A DNA stretch of 64,000 bases from Rikenellaceae bacterium (GTDB lineage: Bacteria; Bacteroidota; Bacteroidia; Bacteroidales; Rikenellaceae), in assembly GCA_015059875.1 (NCBI GenBank), contig SUZQ01000004.1:13-64012 (forward strand). The letters run 5' to 3'. The first letter of the stretch is position 1. Each line of letters begins with the position of its first letter. Below the pieces are notes generated by a model. The model worked only from the letters and a program-made list of their open reading frames with translations, did not search any database and was not told the DNA's origin. The position numbers were made by a program, and so were the translations under genes. Positions 10,279-19,532 of this stretch are shown here, in pieces.

Positions 10279-11148
10279 TTACCAATAAATCACCTCATAA
10301 CCCCCTTTTGCACTCTTTTTATCGGCTTTGCGGACTTTGCGTTCATTTCGTCTGTTGGTCGATTTATCATCATCACCACGCTGAGGCGTTGCAACAATAA
10401 TACCCATCTCCTCCTCGACCAAGACCTCAGGCTGTTGTGGCTGCGAAGTCTGTACGGGCTTTGCAGGCTCGGTTGGTGTTACGGTTGTTGTGCGAGTAAC
10501 AATCTCGTCCACGCCATAGTCAAACTCGATATCTGCGTAACGCATCTGTGGCAAAATGTGTGTTGCCAGATAGCTCCAAGCCTCAGGCATCTTGCGTAGC
10601 TCAGCCTCCTTTTGAGCCTCAGTGTGCGAAGTCGATTTCAGCACATTCAAGACAGCCTCTTTGTTCGGAATAGCGGACTTCTCCACTGCCGCCACACAAT
10701 CAATCCATTTGAAGGTCTTGTGATCTGTGTCAATCTTCTGCTTTGGATGATAGGTATTCACAGCGTAGTGATAGAGCGACTGCGCTCGTTGCGATGCGAG
10801 AGTGTCGTTTTGCGAGCTATTGCCATCTGGCGATGCGTAGCCAACGATATGAATGGCAGAGATATGCATCATCGTGTCGGTACTCTGCTTCATAAAGTCA
10901 TTCAGCTCGGCAATCTGCTGCGTATTATCCGAATAGGCAGGAACGATATTCGCTTTATTCACAGCATAATGCACATCGAACTCGGCATGTTTGCCGTCGT
11001 TGTGAGGAATTTTGTAACGCGTCGTTACGGTGTTACCAGACTTCGTTTGTGAGATCATCACTGCATTTGCTGCAGGTGCTTGATTGCTTTGGGCCACAGC
11101 CATCGTGGTTACCCCCATTGCCAACAAAATAAATAGACTCTTTTTCAT
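10279..11148 (-). CDS. Secreted protein with OmpA-like domain (DUF3868-associated type)
   Basis: Signal peptide; IHIVGYASPDG..QNDTLASQRA; ILPQMR. Confidence 0.7.
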   Translation of the reverse strand: MKKSLFILLAMGVTTMAVAQSNQAPAANAVMISQTKSGNTVTTRYKIPHNDGKHAEFDVHYAVNKANIVPAYSDNTQQIAELNDFMKQSTDTMMHISAIHIVGYASPDGNSSQNDTLASQRAQSLYHYAVNTYHPKQKIDTDHKTFKWIDCVAAVEKSAIPNKEAVLNVLKSTSHTEAQKEAELRKMPEAWSYLATHILPQMRYADIEFDYGVDEIVTRTTTVTPTEPAKPVQTSQPQQPEVLVEEEMGIIVATPQRGDDDKSTNRRNERKVRKADKKSAKGGYEVIYW

Positions 11149-11182
11149 AGTATTATTATATTGGTTTGTGTGACTAAACAAA

Positions 11183-11198
11183 ACAACAACCGAGCCAA
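11183..11198 (-). promoter_or_regulatory. Possible sigma54 -24/-12 promoter
   Basis: Minus strand TTGGCTCGGTTGTTGT versus consensus TGGCACG-N4-TTGC. Confidence 0.4.
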
Positions 11199-11355
11199 TG
11201 AGGATAAAAAGTCCGAAATTTGATATTTTCCGCTGGTCTATTTATGCTTTATAGATGATTTACAGCCGATTAAAGAGGTGATATAAAAGCGAGCGTAACT
11301 CCGAGTCGATAGACAAACAAACCGATTAAAATTTGGCAAATAGGGCTTAAATAGC

Positions 11356-11363
11356 TAACTTTG
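11356..11363 (+). promoter_or_regulatory. -7 box (GH42 gene)
   Basis: TAACTTTG with upstream TTTG at 11332. Confidence 0.7.
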
Positions 11364-11385
11364 CGAAAACTTAAAGATTGCACAT

Positions 11386-13482
11386 ATGAAAATTTTAAGA
11401 GTACTGTTTCTTGCCTTCATAACCCTATTTACATTTGAGAATACATTTGCCCAACGCAGAATAGATGTTGGCGCAGAGGTGTGGATCGAACCTGGACAAA
11501 CACCTGAAGAGTTAGATATGTGGTTTTCGCGAATGGCGGATAACAAGATGCGCTCAGCACGAATTTTCCTGATGTGGAACTATATTGAAACATCTCCTAC
11601 AACCTACGATTTTTCGATTGCTGATATGGCGTTCGAGGCGGCAAAAAAGCACGGAGTAGAGATTGAGGCGAGCCTATTTTGCACACATGCGCCCACATTC
11701 TACGGCGAGCAGTATTGGTATCGCACACAACGACATACTCTTCTGTGGAGCAGAGAAATACAAGAAGCATCTGCGAAATTCATTGAGGCGTGTGTAACCC
11801 GCTATCGTAACCACCCTGCACTCGGCACATGGTGGATATTGAATGAGGCGCGAGGCTTCACTGCCACCTCGCCATTAGCGGTGGAATTTACGCAGGATTG
11901 GGTACGCAAAAAATATGGTACAATCGAGCGATTGAATGAGGCGTGGCGTACCGACTACAAGTCGTTCGAGGAGGTAAAATATGAGGAGCGATGGGTATCA
12001 AATAGATCCTTTATGTGGACGGGGGCAAACTACGATTGGTGCGATATTCAGCGCGATTTTCTCACCTATAACTTCCGCTGGATAGGCGATCAAATTCGCA
12101 AGCACGACTCTAAGCACCCCGTAACTACAAACCCTGCCGACTTCTTCTTCTCGGCAGATAAATACGATTTGGCGGAGCATCGCAATATCCTCGACATCTT
12201 CGGTGCCTCGATGCATGCAGCTTGGCAGCTCCGTGCAATGAATCGAGATCAATATGGCTATGCCGTTTCGGGAATTTGCGAGATTCTTCGCGCTCACGCG
12301 CCGAATAATCACTTCTGGGTTAGCGAGATGCAAGGAGGCAACAACATCTTTTCGGGACAGACTCCGATATGCCCCGATCGTAACGATCTTGCGCAATGGG
12401 TATGGTCGAGCATAGGCACGGGCGCACGCAAAGTGATATATTGGAGTAGCAACTACCGCCGTCAGAGTGGCGAGGCTGGCGAGTGGGGCGTATTCGGCTT
12501 CAAAGGCGAAGATACAGATCGTTCGCTTGTAACAAAAGAGATAAACGAAGTACTCGAAAAGCATGGTGATTTCTTTGCTGAGTCAAAGCCTGAGTTATCG
12601 AATATAACCCTGATTCTCAGCCCCGAAACTCAACGAATGTTGCGTCATATCCGCAACGAGCGAGTAGGTGTTCGCGAATGGGATATTATGGCGCAGACAC
12701 GCACAACCTTTATGTGGTACGAGGCGTTGTTGGAGCTTGGGTGTCAGCCTCAAATGCGTTATATGAGCGACTACGAGTGGGAAAAACACGGTAAAGGCGA
12801 TGTGGTGGTTATAGCAAATGCGGCTACGATGCCTTCGGACATAATACCTCGTATTGAGAAGTTTGTGGAGCGCGGTGGAAAGGTTATCATTGAGGGATTA
12901 ACAGGCTTTTACGACGAAAAAGCAGAGTGCACCCTACTTCACAAATTCGGCATAGAGAGATTGGTCGGAGGCGTATTCGAGGATATTCGATATCGCGAAA
13001 CTCCACAATATTTCAGCATAGAGAGTATTGGCAAGGTGCAGGGACACGCTTGGCATCCTATTGTACGAGCAACTGCACCTACTGCCACCGTTATCGGCAA
13101 TGGCGCAGAGGGAGATGTTGCACTACACAATTGTCTTGGCGAAGGAGAAGTATGGTGGCTGACTCCTTCAATTTCGATGTCTTGTGCAGCGCGAAACAAC
13201 TCTTCCGAGTTAGCAACGGTTTGCAAAGCTCTTTTAGGCAAGGATATTACTGCTCAACCATTCCGATTTGCTGAGTTTGCCGATAGTGCGTTGATGCGCA
13301 CTCTTCGCAAAGGCGACGACTATATTACAATTCTCACAAACAACAAGCGAACACCTTGCACACTAAAACTCATTGCTCCGAAGGGTTTGACTGCAACCCC
13401 AATCTTTGGCACAGCGAGATTTAGCAAATCGGGAAGAGTATCACTCGGCGATAGGGAGACTTTGGTACTCCGTTGGAAATAG
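11386..13482 (+). CDS. Secreted GH42-like beta-galactosidase
   Basis: WWILNE acid/base, KKYGTIERLNEAW, WVSEMQ nucleophile, trimerisation-like C-terminal domain. Confidence 0.8.
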   Translation: MKILRVLFLAFITLFTFENTFAQRRIDVGAEVWIEPGQTPEELDMWFSRMADNKMRSARIFLMWNYIETSPTTYDFSIADMAFEAAKKHGVEIEASLFCTHAPTFYGEQYWYRTQRHTLLWSREIQEASAKFIEACVTRYRNHPALGTWWILNEARGFTATSPLAVEFTQDWVRKKYGTIERLNEAWRTDYKSFEEVKYEERWVSNRSFMWTGANYDWCDIQRDFLTYNFRWIGDQIRKHDSKHPVTTNPADFFFSADKYDLAEHRNILDIFGASMHAAWQLRAMNRDQYGYAVSGICEILRAHAPNNHFWVSEMQGGNNIFSGQTPICPDRNDLAQWVWSSIGTGARKVIYWSSNYRRQSGEAGEWGVFGFKGEDTDRSLVTKEINEVLEKHGDFFAESKPELSNITLILSPETQRMLRHIRNERVGVREWDIMAQTRTTFMWYEALLELGCQPQMRYMSDYEWEKHGKGDVVVIANAATMPSDIIPRIEKFVERGGKVIIEGLTGFYDEKAECTLLHKFGIERLVGGVFEDIRYRETPQYFSIESIGKVQGHAWHPIVRATAPTATVIGNGAEGDVALHNCLGEGEVWWLTPSISMSCAARNNSSELATVCKALLGKDITAQPFRFAEFADSALMRTLRKGDDYITILTNNKRTPCTLKLIAPKGLTATPIFGTARFSKSGRVSLGDRETLVLRWK

Positions 13483-13510
13483 GGCATAATACGAAGATGT
13501 AAACATCCTA

Positions 13511-14968
13511 TTATTGCTCGTTGTGCTCATCCTTACGGACGATCTTATAGCCAACAATCGCCATCAAAAGCGACATTAACGGGCTTATGAGGTTGAATAG
13601 GCAATAGGGCAAATAGGTCAAAGTTGCCACTCCGAGTACCGTCGATTGCGTCATACCGCAAGAGTTCCACGGCACAAGAACAGAAGTTACCGTTGCCGTA
13701 TCTTCGACAGAACGACTCAATAAGCGTCCTTCAAGACCTCGTTTTTCGTACAACTCGCGGAAGGTGTTTCCCGTGATAATAATCGAAATATATTGGTCTG
13801 CGGTGACAAGATTGGCGAATATGCCTGTTGCCAAAGTTGATGCTACGACACTTGCCGTACGATAGACAAAGCGAGCAAACAGACGAGTAATTGCTGATAG
13901 CATTCCGCTACCCGACATTACACCACCGAAACACATTGCACACAACACAAGCCAAATAGTGTTCAGCATTCCCTGCATACCTGAGGTCGCAACAAGCTCA
14001 TTTATAGTGGCATTGCCCGTCTCAATTGCAGTTGAAGTTGAGCACACCCTCATCAAGGCGCGGAATCCACTAAATTCGCCACTGCCGCCTATCTCTCGTA
14101 CAATCTCTGGCTGCGCTATAATCATAGCCACACCAGCCATCACTACCGACAAGAACAGCGTAACTAATGCGGGCAATCTACGCACAATCAAGAGCATCGT
14201 AACGACAGGAACAATTAGCAACCAAGCAGAAATATTAAAAGTATTTTGTAATGTTGTGGACAGCTCCGCTATCTGAACGGAGTTGTTAGTTGATTGCAAC
14301 AAACTAACAATGAAGAAAACAATTAATGCCAATACAAACGAGGGTATTGTAGTAATGCTCATATACTTAATATGCGAAAACAGCTGCACACGAACGGTAG
14401 ACGATGCCAACACTGTTGTATCAGAAAGAGCGGACATTTTATCGCCAAAATATGCTCCCGAAATTATCGCTCCTGCAACCCAGCCCTCCGAATAGCCTTG
14501 TGCCTCACCAATTCCCATAAGCGCAACTCCGATTGTTGCAATGGTAGTCCACGAACTTCCCGTGACAATGGCAACCACTGCACATATCAAGCAGGCTACT
14601 GCAAGGAAAACACTTGGGTGAATTATCTGCAATCCATAATACATCAAGGCTGGCACTACTCCACTCAGCATCCAAGTACCAGCAATAGCACCTATGAGGA
14701 GAAGTATAATAATAGCCGAAGCAGATGTACGAATATTCTCAACTATCGCATCTTCAAGCACACTCCACTTGCATTTACACAAGCCAACCGCAATAAGAGC
14801 AGCTACTGAAGATGCCACCAGCAACGACACTTGGCTACCGCCCTCGATTGCATCCGAGCCAAACACTTTAATTACAAGTGCAAGCATTCCAACAAGCACA
14901 GCTATAGGCAACAACGCCAACCACGCTGATACTTCTCTGCCTCTAAAACTCCCTTTTTCCTGTTTCAT
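13511..14968 (-). CDS. nhaC: Na+/H+ antiporter NhaC family
   Basis: TGSSWTT, SGAYFGDKMS, LVPWNSCG motifs; start at MKQEKG. Confidence 0.9.
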   Translation of the reverse strand: MKQEKGSFRGREVSAWLALLPIAVLVGMLALVIKVFGSDAIEGGSQVSLLVASSVAALIAVGLCKCKWSVLEDAIVENIRTSASAIIILLLIGAIAGTWMLSGVVPALMYYGLQIIHPSVFLAVACLICAVVAIVTGSSWTTIATIGVALMGIGEAQGYSEGWVAGAIISGAYFGDKMSALSDTTVLASSTVRVQLFSHIKYMSITTIPSFVLALIVFFIVSLLQSTNNSVQIAELSTTLQNTFNISAWLLIVPVVTMLLIVRRLPALVTLFLSVVMAGVAMIIAQPEIVREIGGSGEFSGFRALMRVCSTSTAIETGNATINELVATSGMQGMLNTIWLVLCAMCFGGVMSGSGMLSAITRLFARFVYRTASVVASTLATGIFANLVTADQYISIIITGNTFRELYEKRGLEGRLLSRSVEDTATVTSVLVPWNSCGMTQSTVLGVATLTYLPYCLFNLISPLMSLLMAIVGYKIVRKDEHNEQ

Positions 14969-14972
14969 CGCA

Positions 14973-14980
14973 CAAAGGTA
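14973..14980 (-). promoter_or_regulatory. -7 box (nhaC), 4 nt before the ATG
   Basis: TACCTTTG on minus strand. Confidence 0.65.
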
Positions 14981-15026
14981 GTAAAAAAAATCATCTAATT
15001 TGCGTTGTGGTTTGCCAATTATTTCG

Positions 15027-15034
15027 TATATTTG
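15027..15034 (+). promoter_or_regulatory. -7 box (DUF349-yidC operon)
   Basis: TATATTTG. Confidence 0.65.
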
Positions 15035-15085
15035 CCAAGTTATACCATATAAGGTATAGAGTGTGAAACTAAATTGAAGCATATT

Positions 15086-16918
15086 ATGGCTACTAAGACT
15101 ACTATCGAAGTTCCCGTAGAGGAGCAGGTTATCAAGACAGAGATTGAATCGCAGGAGTGCGAAGTACAGAGCGTTGATGCAACAGAGCCACAGCCTCAGG
15201 ACGAGGGGGCAGAGTCTGCTGCAAACGACATTACCCAACTCGACAAGGAGAGCGTTCTCGCTCGTCTTGCGGAGAGGGTATCAGAGGAGCCTTCCGCAGC
15301 ACTGCGCAGTGAAGTCGAGGCGTTGAAGGTAGCATTCTATAAACTGCATCGTGCCGATATGGAGGCTCGTCGCAAGGCATTCTTCGAGGAGAATGGCGCG
15401 GATGCGGAGTATAAGCCACAAACCGATGAGGCAGAGGTTCGCTTTAAGGAGTTATACAACATCTACCGCACAAAGCGCGACGAAGCTACTGCCCTATCCG
15501 ACAAGGAGAAGGAGGATAACTACAACACGAAGTTGGCTCTTATCGAGGAGCTAAAGACTTTGGTCGATTCGGAGGAGACTCTCAATACCACCTTTGCAAA
15601 GTTCCACGACATACAGGCTCGTTGGCGTGCAACTGGACAAGTTCCTCAGGCTCGTGTTAGCGACTTGTACGAGACCTACAACCTCCATGTTGAGAATTTC
15701 TACGACTATGTAAAAATCAACAAGGAGTTGCGCGACCTCGACTGGAAGCGTAACCTTGAGGCTAAAACCGCTATCTGCGAGCAAGCCGAGGCTCTTACAG
15801 ATGTTTCTACCGTTGTAGAGGCGTTCCACAAGCTACAGAAGTTGCACGAGGAGTGGCGCGAGATCGGCCCGGTTGCATTGGAGCATAAGGAGCCATTGTG
15901 GGAGCGTTTCAAGGCTGCATCAACAATCATAAACCGTCGCCATCAGGAGCATTTCGAGAGCATCAAGGCAGAGCAGTTGCAGAACTTTGAGCGCAAGTCG
16001 GCTCTTTGCGATGAGGTTGAGAAGATGGTTGCAGACAACATCTCTTCGCACAAGGAGTGGAACAAAGCAAGTGAGCGTTTGCAGGCTATTCAAGCGGAGT
16101 GGCGCACTATCGGTTTTGCTCCAAAGAAGGAGAATAACAAAGTTTACGACCGTTTCCGCACTGCGTGCGACAAGTTTTTCGAGGCAAAACACGCATTCTA
16201 TGCAGAGGCAAAGGATGATATGGCTAAGAATCTCGAAGTGAAGAACTCTCTTTGTGAGCGTGCAGAGGCTATTGCCGAGCGAGATGATTGGGCTAAGGCA
16301 ACCGAGGAGTTGCTCTCTCTGCAAGCCGAATGGAAGAAGTCTGGCACTGTCGCTCGTAAATATGCAGATGCAGTATGGAAGCGTTTCCGTGCCGCTTGCG
16401 ACAAGTTCTTCGAGCGTAAGGCTCAGCACTTCTCTACCGTTGATAACGAATACGCAGCAAACCTCGCTGCAAAGTTGGCTCTTCTTGAAGAGATGATGCA
16501 GGCGGAGGTTAAGTCGTTCGACGACATCAAGGAGTTCCAGCGTCGTTGGAGCGAGATTGGTTTTGTACCTATTCGTCGTAAGGAGGAGCTGCAGAAGCAG
16601 TATAAGGCTGCACTCGATAAACTCTTTGCATCGGTGCGCGGTGCTGATCGCGAGCAACAGATGAATAAATTTAAGAACAGAGTCGCTTCGATGCGTGATG
16701 CTGGTGATAGACGATTGCAGAATGAGCGCGAGAAGTTATACAACCGTGTAAAGCAGTTTGAGCAGGAGATTCAGACATTGGAGAACAATATCGGTTTCTT
16801 CGCCAAGTCAAAGGGCGCAGAGGCTATGATTGCTGCCGTCGAGGAGAAGATTGCTCGTGCAAAGCGCGATATGGCAGATATCATCGAAAGAATAAAATTG
16901 ATTGATTCACAAGAGTAA
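15086..16918 (+). CDS. DUF349 domain protein
   Basis: Repeated N...K..L....L / W..IG.V / W.RF..ACD.FF units. Confidence 0.9.
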   Translation: MATKTTIEVPVEEQVIKTEIESQECEVQSVDATEPQPQDEGAESAANDITQLDKESVLARLAERVSEEPSAALRSEVEALKVAFYKLHRADMEARRKAFFEENGADAEYKPQTDEAEVRFKELYNIYRTKRDEATALSDKEKEDNYNTKLALIEELKTLVDSEETLNTTFAKFHDIQARWRATGQVPQARVSDLYETYNLHVENFYDYVKINKELRDLDWKRNLEAKTAICEQAEALTDVSTVVEAFHKLQKLHEEWREIGPVALEHKEPLWERFKAASTIINRRHQEHFESIKAEQLQNFERKSALCDEVEKMVADNISSHKEWNKASERLQAIQAEWRTIGFAPKKENNKVYDRFRTACDKFFEAKHAFYAEAKDDMAKNLEVKNSLCERAEAIAERDDWAKATEELLSLQAEWKKSGTVARKYADAVWKRFRAACDKFFERKAQHFSTVDNEYAANLAAKLALLEEMMQAEVKSFDDIKEFQRRWSEIGFVPIRRKEELQKQYKAALDKLFASVRGADREQQMNKFKNRVASMRDAGDRRLQNEREKLYNRVKQFEQEIQTLENNIGFFAKSKGAEAMIAAVEEKIARAKRDMADIIERIKLIDSQE

Positions 16919-16930
16919 AGAGATTAACGA

Positions 16931-16956
16931 GCGAAGCGCACATTGTTGCGCTTCGC
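16931..16956 (+). terminator. Intergenic hairpin without U tract (stability or attenuation element)
   Basis: GCGAAGCGCA-CATTGT-TGCGCTTCGC. Confidence 0.45.
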
Positions 16957-16993
16957 ATAAATTTATAACAGAAAACAATTCGTAAAAAGAGAG

Positions 16994-18913
16994 ATGAAAG
17001 AGAACAAGAGTACCATTATAGGCTTTGTCCTTATGACGCTGGTGTTTGTGGGTTATATGTTCTACGCAAATCACCAAGCAGCGAAACAACAAGAGGCGCA
17101 GATGGCGGCTCAAGTAGAGCAACTTGCCGAGCAGGCATCACAAGCACTCGACACTCCAGCAGAGCAGAAAGCTGAGGCAGAGATTACTGACACGAAGAGC
17201 AAGCAGGAGACGAATGTTCCGAAGTTTGTTAGCGACGCAGAGAAGGTTGAGGAGGTAGTCGTTGAGAATGATGTAATGCAGGTTCGTTTCTCAACACTCG
17301 GAGCGCAGATTATGGATGTAACCTTGAAAGAGTACACCAAGTTTGCACCAAAGGAGGAGCGCAACGAGTTGGTACATCTTTTCGATCCTGAATCGGCATT
17401 CTTCAATATGTCGTACTACTTGAAGGAGAAACTTCGCACAGTAGAGGTTTCGACCGCTTACCGCAACTTTGAGTTATTACCTATTGAGTCGTTGGGCGAC
17501 AAGAAGGTTGTAACAATGCGTCTGCCTATCGGTAATGGTTCGATTGAACATATCTACACAATCTACAACGAGCAGAAGCCAGAGCGCGACTACTTGGTAG
17601 ATTTCGAGGTACGACTGAATGATATTGCTCCGCTTATGGCAAACCAAAAGAGCATTGGCGTTGAGTGGCGCAATCGCTCATACCAGAATGAGCGTAGCTT
17701 CAAGAACGAGAACACCTACACAACTTTGGTTTACCACTTCCCTGGAGAGGGCGATGTCGAAGATTTGGGAATCTCGGAATCGACGAAGGAGGAGGATATC
17801 GCAGCTTCGGTTGATTGGGTTTCGTTCAAGCAGCAGTTCTTCTCCTCTGCCTTGATCGGTCGTTCGGTTGTATTGCGTCAGCCGCAGGTATCGTTCGCTA
17901 CCGCAGAGGCAAAGTCGGGCTATATCAAGAACTTCGCAATGTCGTCGTCGGTGGATTACACTCCGCAGACATCTCAATACGATTTCTCGTTCTATCTCGG
18001 TCCTAACAAGTTCTCCGTATTAAAGAAATTGACCGACAAAAATGGCGATTCGCTTGAGATGGAGCGCATCATCCCTCTCGGATGGATATTCTCTACATAT
18101 ATCAGCCGTTGGGTTGTTATTCCAATCTTCGATTTCTTGCAGAAGTATATCGCTTCATTTGGTCTTATCATCCTTATCCTCACGCTGATTGTAAAGTTGT
18201 TGATATTCCCTCTTACCTACAAGAGTTATCTCTCAACTGCCAAGATGCGTGTTATCAAGCCTGAGATCGATGCCTTAAACGCAAAATATCCGCGTCAGGA
18301 GGATGCAATGAAGAAGCAGCAAGAGATGATGGCTCTCTACAACAAGGCGGGAATCAGCCCAATGGGAGGTTGTCTACCGATGTTGATCCAAATGCCTATC
18401 TTGATTGCGATGTTCCGCTTCTTCCCTGCAAGTATTGAGTTGCGCGGTAAGTCGTTCCTTTGGAGCGATGACCTCTCGTCGTACGATAGCATTCTCGACT
18501 TGCCATTCAACATTCCATTCTACGGCGACCATATTTCGCTATTCTGTTTGTTGATGACCATTGTGATGTTCATCTACTCGTACATCAACTATCAGCAGCA
18601 GGGCTCATCGCAGCCACAGATGGCGGGAATGAAGTTTATGACGGTATATATGATGCCGGCAATGATGTTATTCTGGTTTAATGACTACGCAAGTGGTCTT
18701 TGCTACTACTACCTCTTGTCGAACCTCATTACGATTCTTCAGACCACAATAATTCGATTCACCTTGAACGACGATAAGATTCGTGCCAAGATGAATGCTC
18801 ACGCAAAGAACACCAAGGGCAAGAAATCACGCTTCCAGCAGCGTTACGAGCAGTTGATGCAGCAGCAGGAGGCTATGGCACGCGAGGAGCAGAAGAGATC
18901 AAAGAGAAAGTAG
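16994..18913 (+). CDS. yidC: Membrane protein insertase YidC
   Basis: N-terminal TM, periplasmic domain, GGCLPMLIQMP, WSDDLSSYD. Confidence 0.97.
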   Translation: MKENKSTIIGFVLMTLVFVGYMFYANHQAAKQQEAQMAAQVEQLAEQASQALDTPAEQKAEAEITDTKSKQETNVPKFVSDAEKVEEVVVENDVMQVRFSTLGAQIMDVTLKEYTKFAPKEERNELVHLFDPESAFFNMSYYLKEKLRTVEVSTAYRNFELLPIESLGDKKVVTMRLPIGNGSIEHIYTIYNEQKPERDYLVDFEVRLNDIAPLMANQKSIGVEWRNRSYQNERSFKNENTYTTLVYHFPGEGDVEDLGISESTKEEDIAASVDWVSFKQQFFSSALIGRSVVLRQPQVSFATAEAKSGYIKNFAMSSSVDYTPQTSQYDFSFYLGPNKFSVLKKLTDKNGDSLEMERIIPLGWIFSTYISRWVVIPIFDFLQKYIASFGLIILILTLIVKLLIFPLTYKSYLSTAKMRVIKPEIDALNAKYPRQEDAMKKQQEMMALYNKAGISPMGGCLPMLIQMPILIAMFRFFPASIELRGKSFLWSDDLSSYDSILDLPFNIPFYGDHISLFCLLMTIVMFIYSYINYQQQGSSQPQMAGMKFMTVYMMPAMMLFWFNDYASGLCYYYLLSNLITILQTTIIRFTLNDDKIRAKMNAHAKNTKGKKSRFQQRYEQLMQQQEAMAREEQKRSKRK

Positions 18914-18926
18914 CCTTAACAAAAAA

Positions 18927-19505
18927 ATGGCATTTACTGCAAGCATAACAAACGACGAAGTCTCGGTATTAGAGGCAATACACTTTGATGGGCGCATCGT
19001 AGTCGTAGAGACTGCGGATGCGCTCAGCAAAGCGTGTAGAGATTTGTCACGACACGCTCTTATTGGCTTCGACACCGAAACTCGTCCGTCGTTCACAGCT
19101 GGTGTCACAAACAAAGTTGCGTTGTTGCAACTCTCAACCGAAGAGTGCTGCTACCTAATTCGTTTGAATAAGTTAGCACTATCCAAAGAGATATTAGCCA
19201 TTCTTTCGAGCGAAAAAATCAAAAAAATTGGTGCTGATGTTCGCAACGACATCGTTGCACTGAACAGACTTCGACACTTCGTGCCAAAGGGTTTTATCGA
19301 CTTGCAAAACGAGGTGCCAAAGTACGGCATAGAGGATAAGAGTTTGCGCAAGATATCTGGCATTGTCCTCGGCAAAAAAGTATCGAAGGCTCAGCGTTTG
19401 AGTAATTGGGCGGCGAAACAACTAACGCCACAGCAGCAGCTCTATGCAGCAACCGATGCTTGGGTATGTATCGAAATATACCACAAACTTCTAAATAACA
19501 AGTAG
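18927..19505 (+). CDS. 3'-5' exonuclease (DEDDy, RNase D/WRN-like)
   Basis: GFDTE, LLQLST, SNW...L...Q..YAATDA. Confidence 0.92.
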   Translation: MAFTASITNDEVSVLEAIHFDGRIVVVETADALSKACRDLSRHALIGFDTETRPSFTAGVTNKVALLQLSTEECCYLIRLNKLALSKEILAILSSEKIKKIGADVRNDIVALNRLRHFVPKGFIDLQNEVPKYGIEDKSLRKISGIVLGKKVSKAQRLSNWAAKQLTPQQQLYAATDAWVCIEIYHKLLNNK

Positions 19506-19532
19506 TATTTGTCCTCTCAAATATTGCAACCT

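Noticed and set aside
14969-15238. Extended N-termini in the ORF track (nhaC, argS, ackA, rho, pseudouridine synthase and others)
   Set aside because: Extensions run through promoter boxes or neighbouring genes, or use weak TTG/GTG starts; downstream ATGs fit the family starts better
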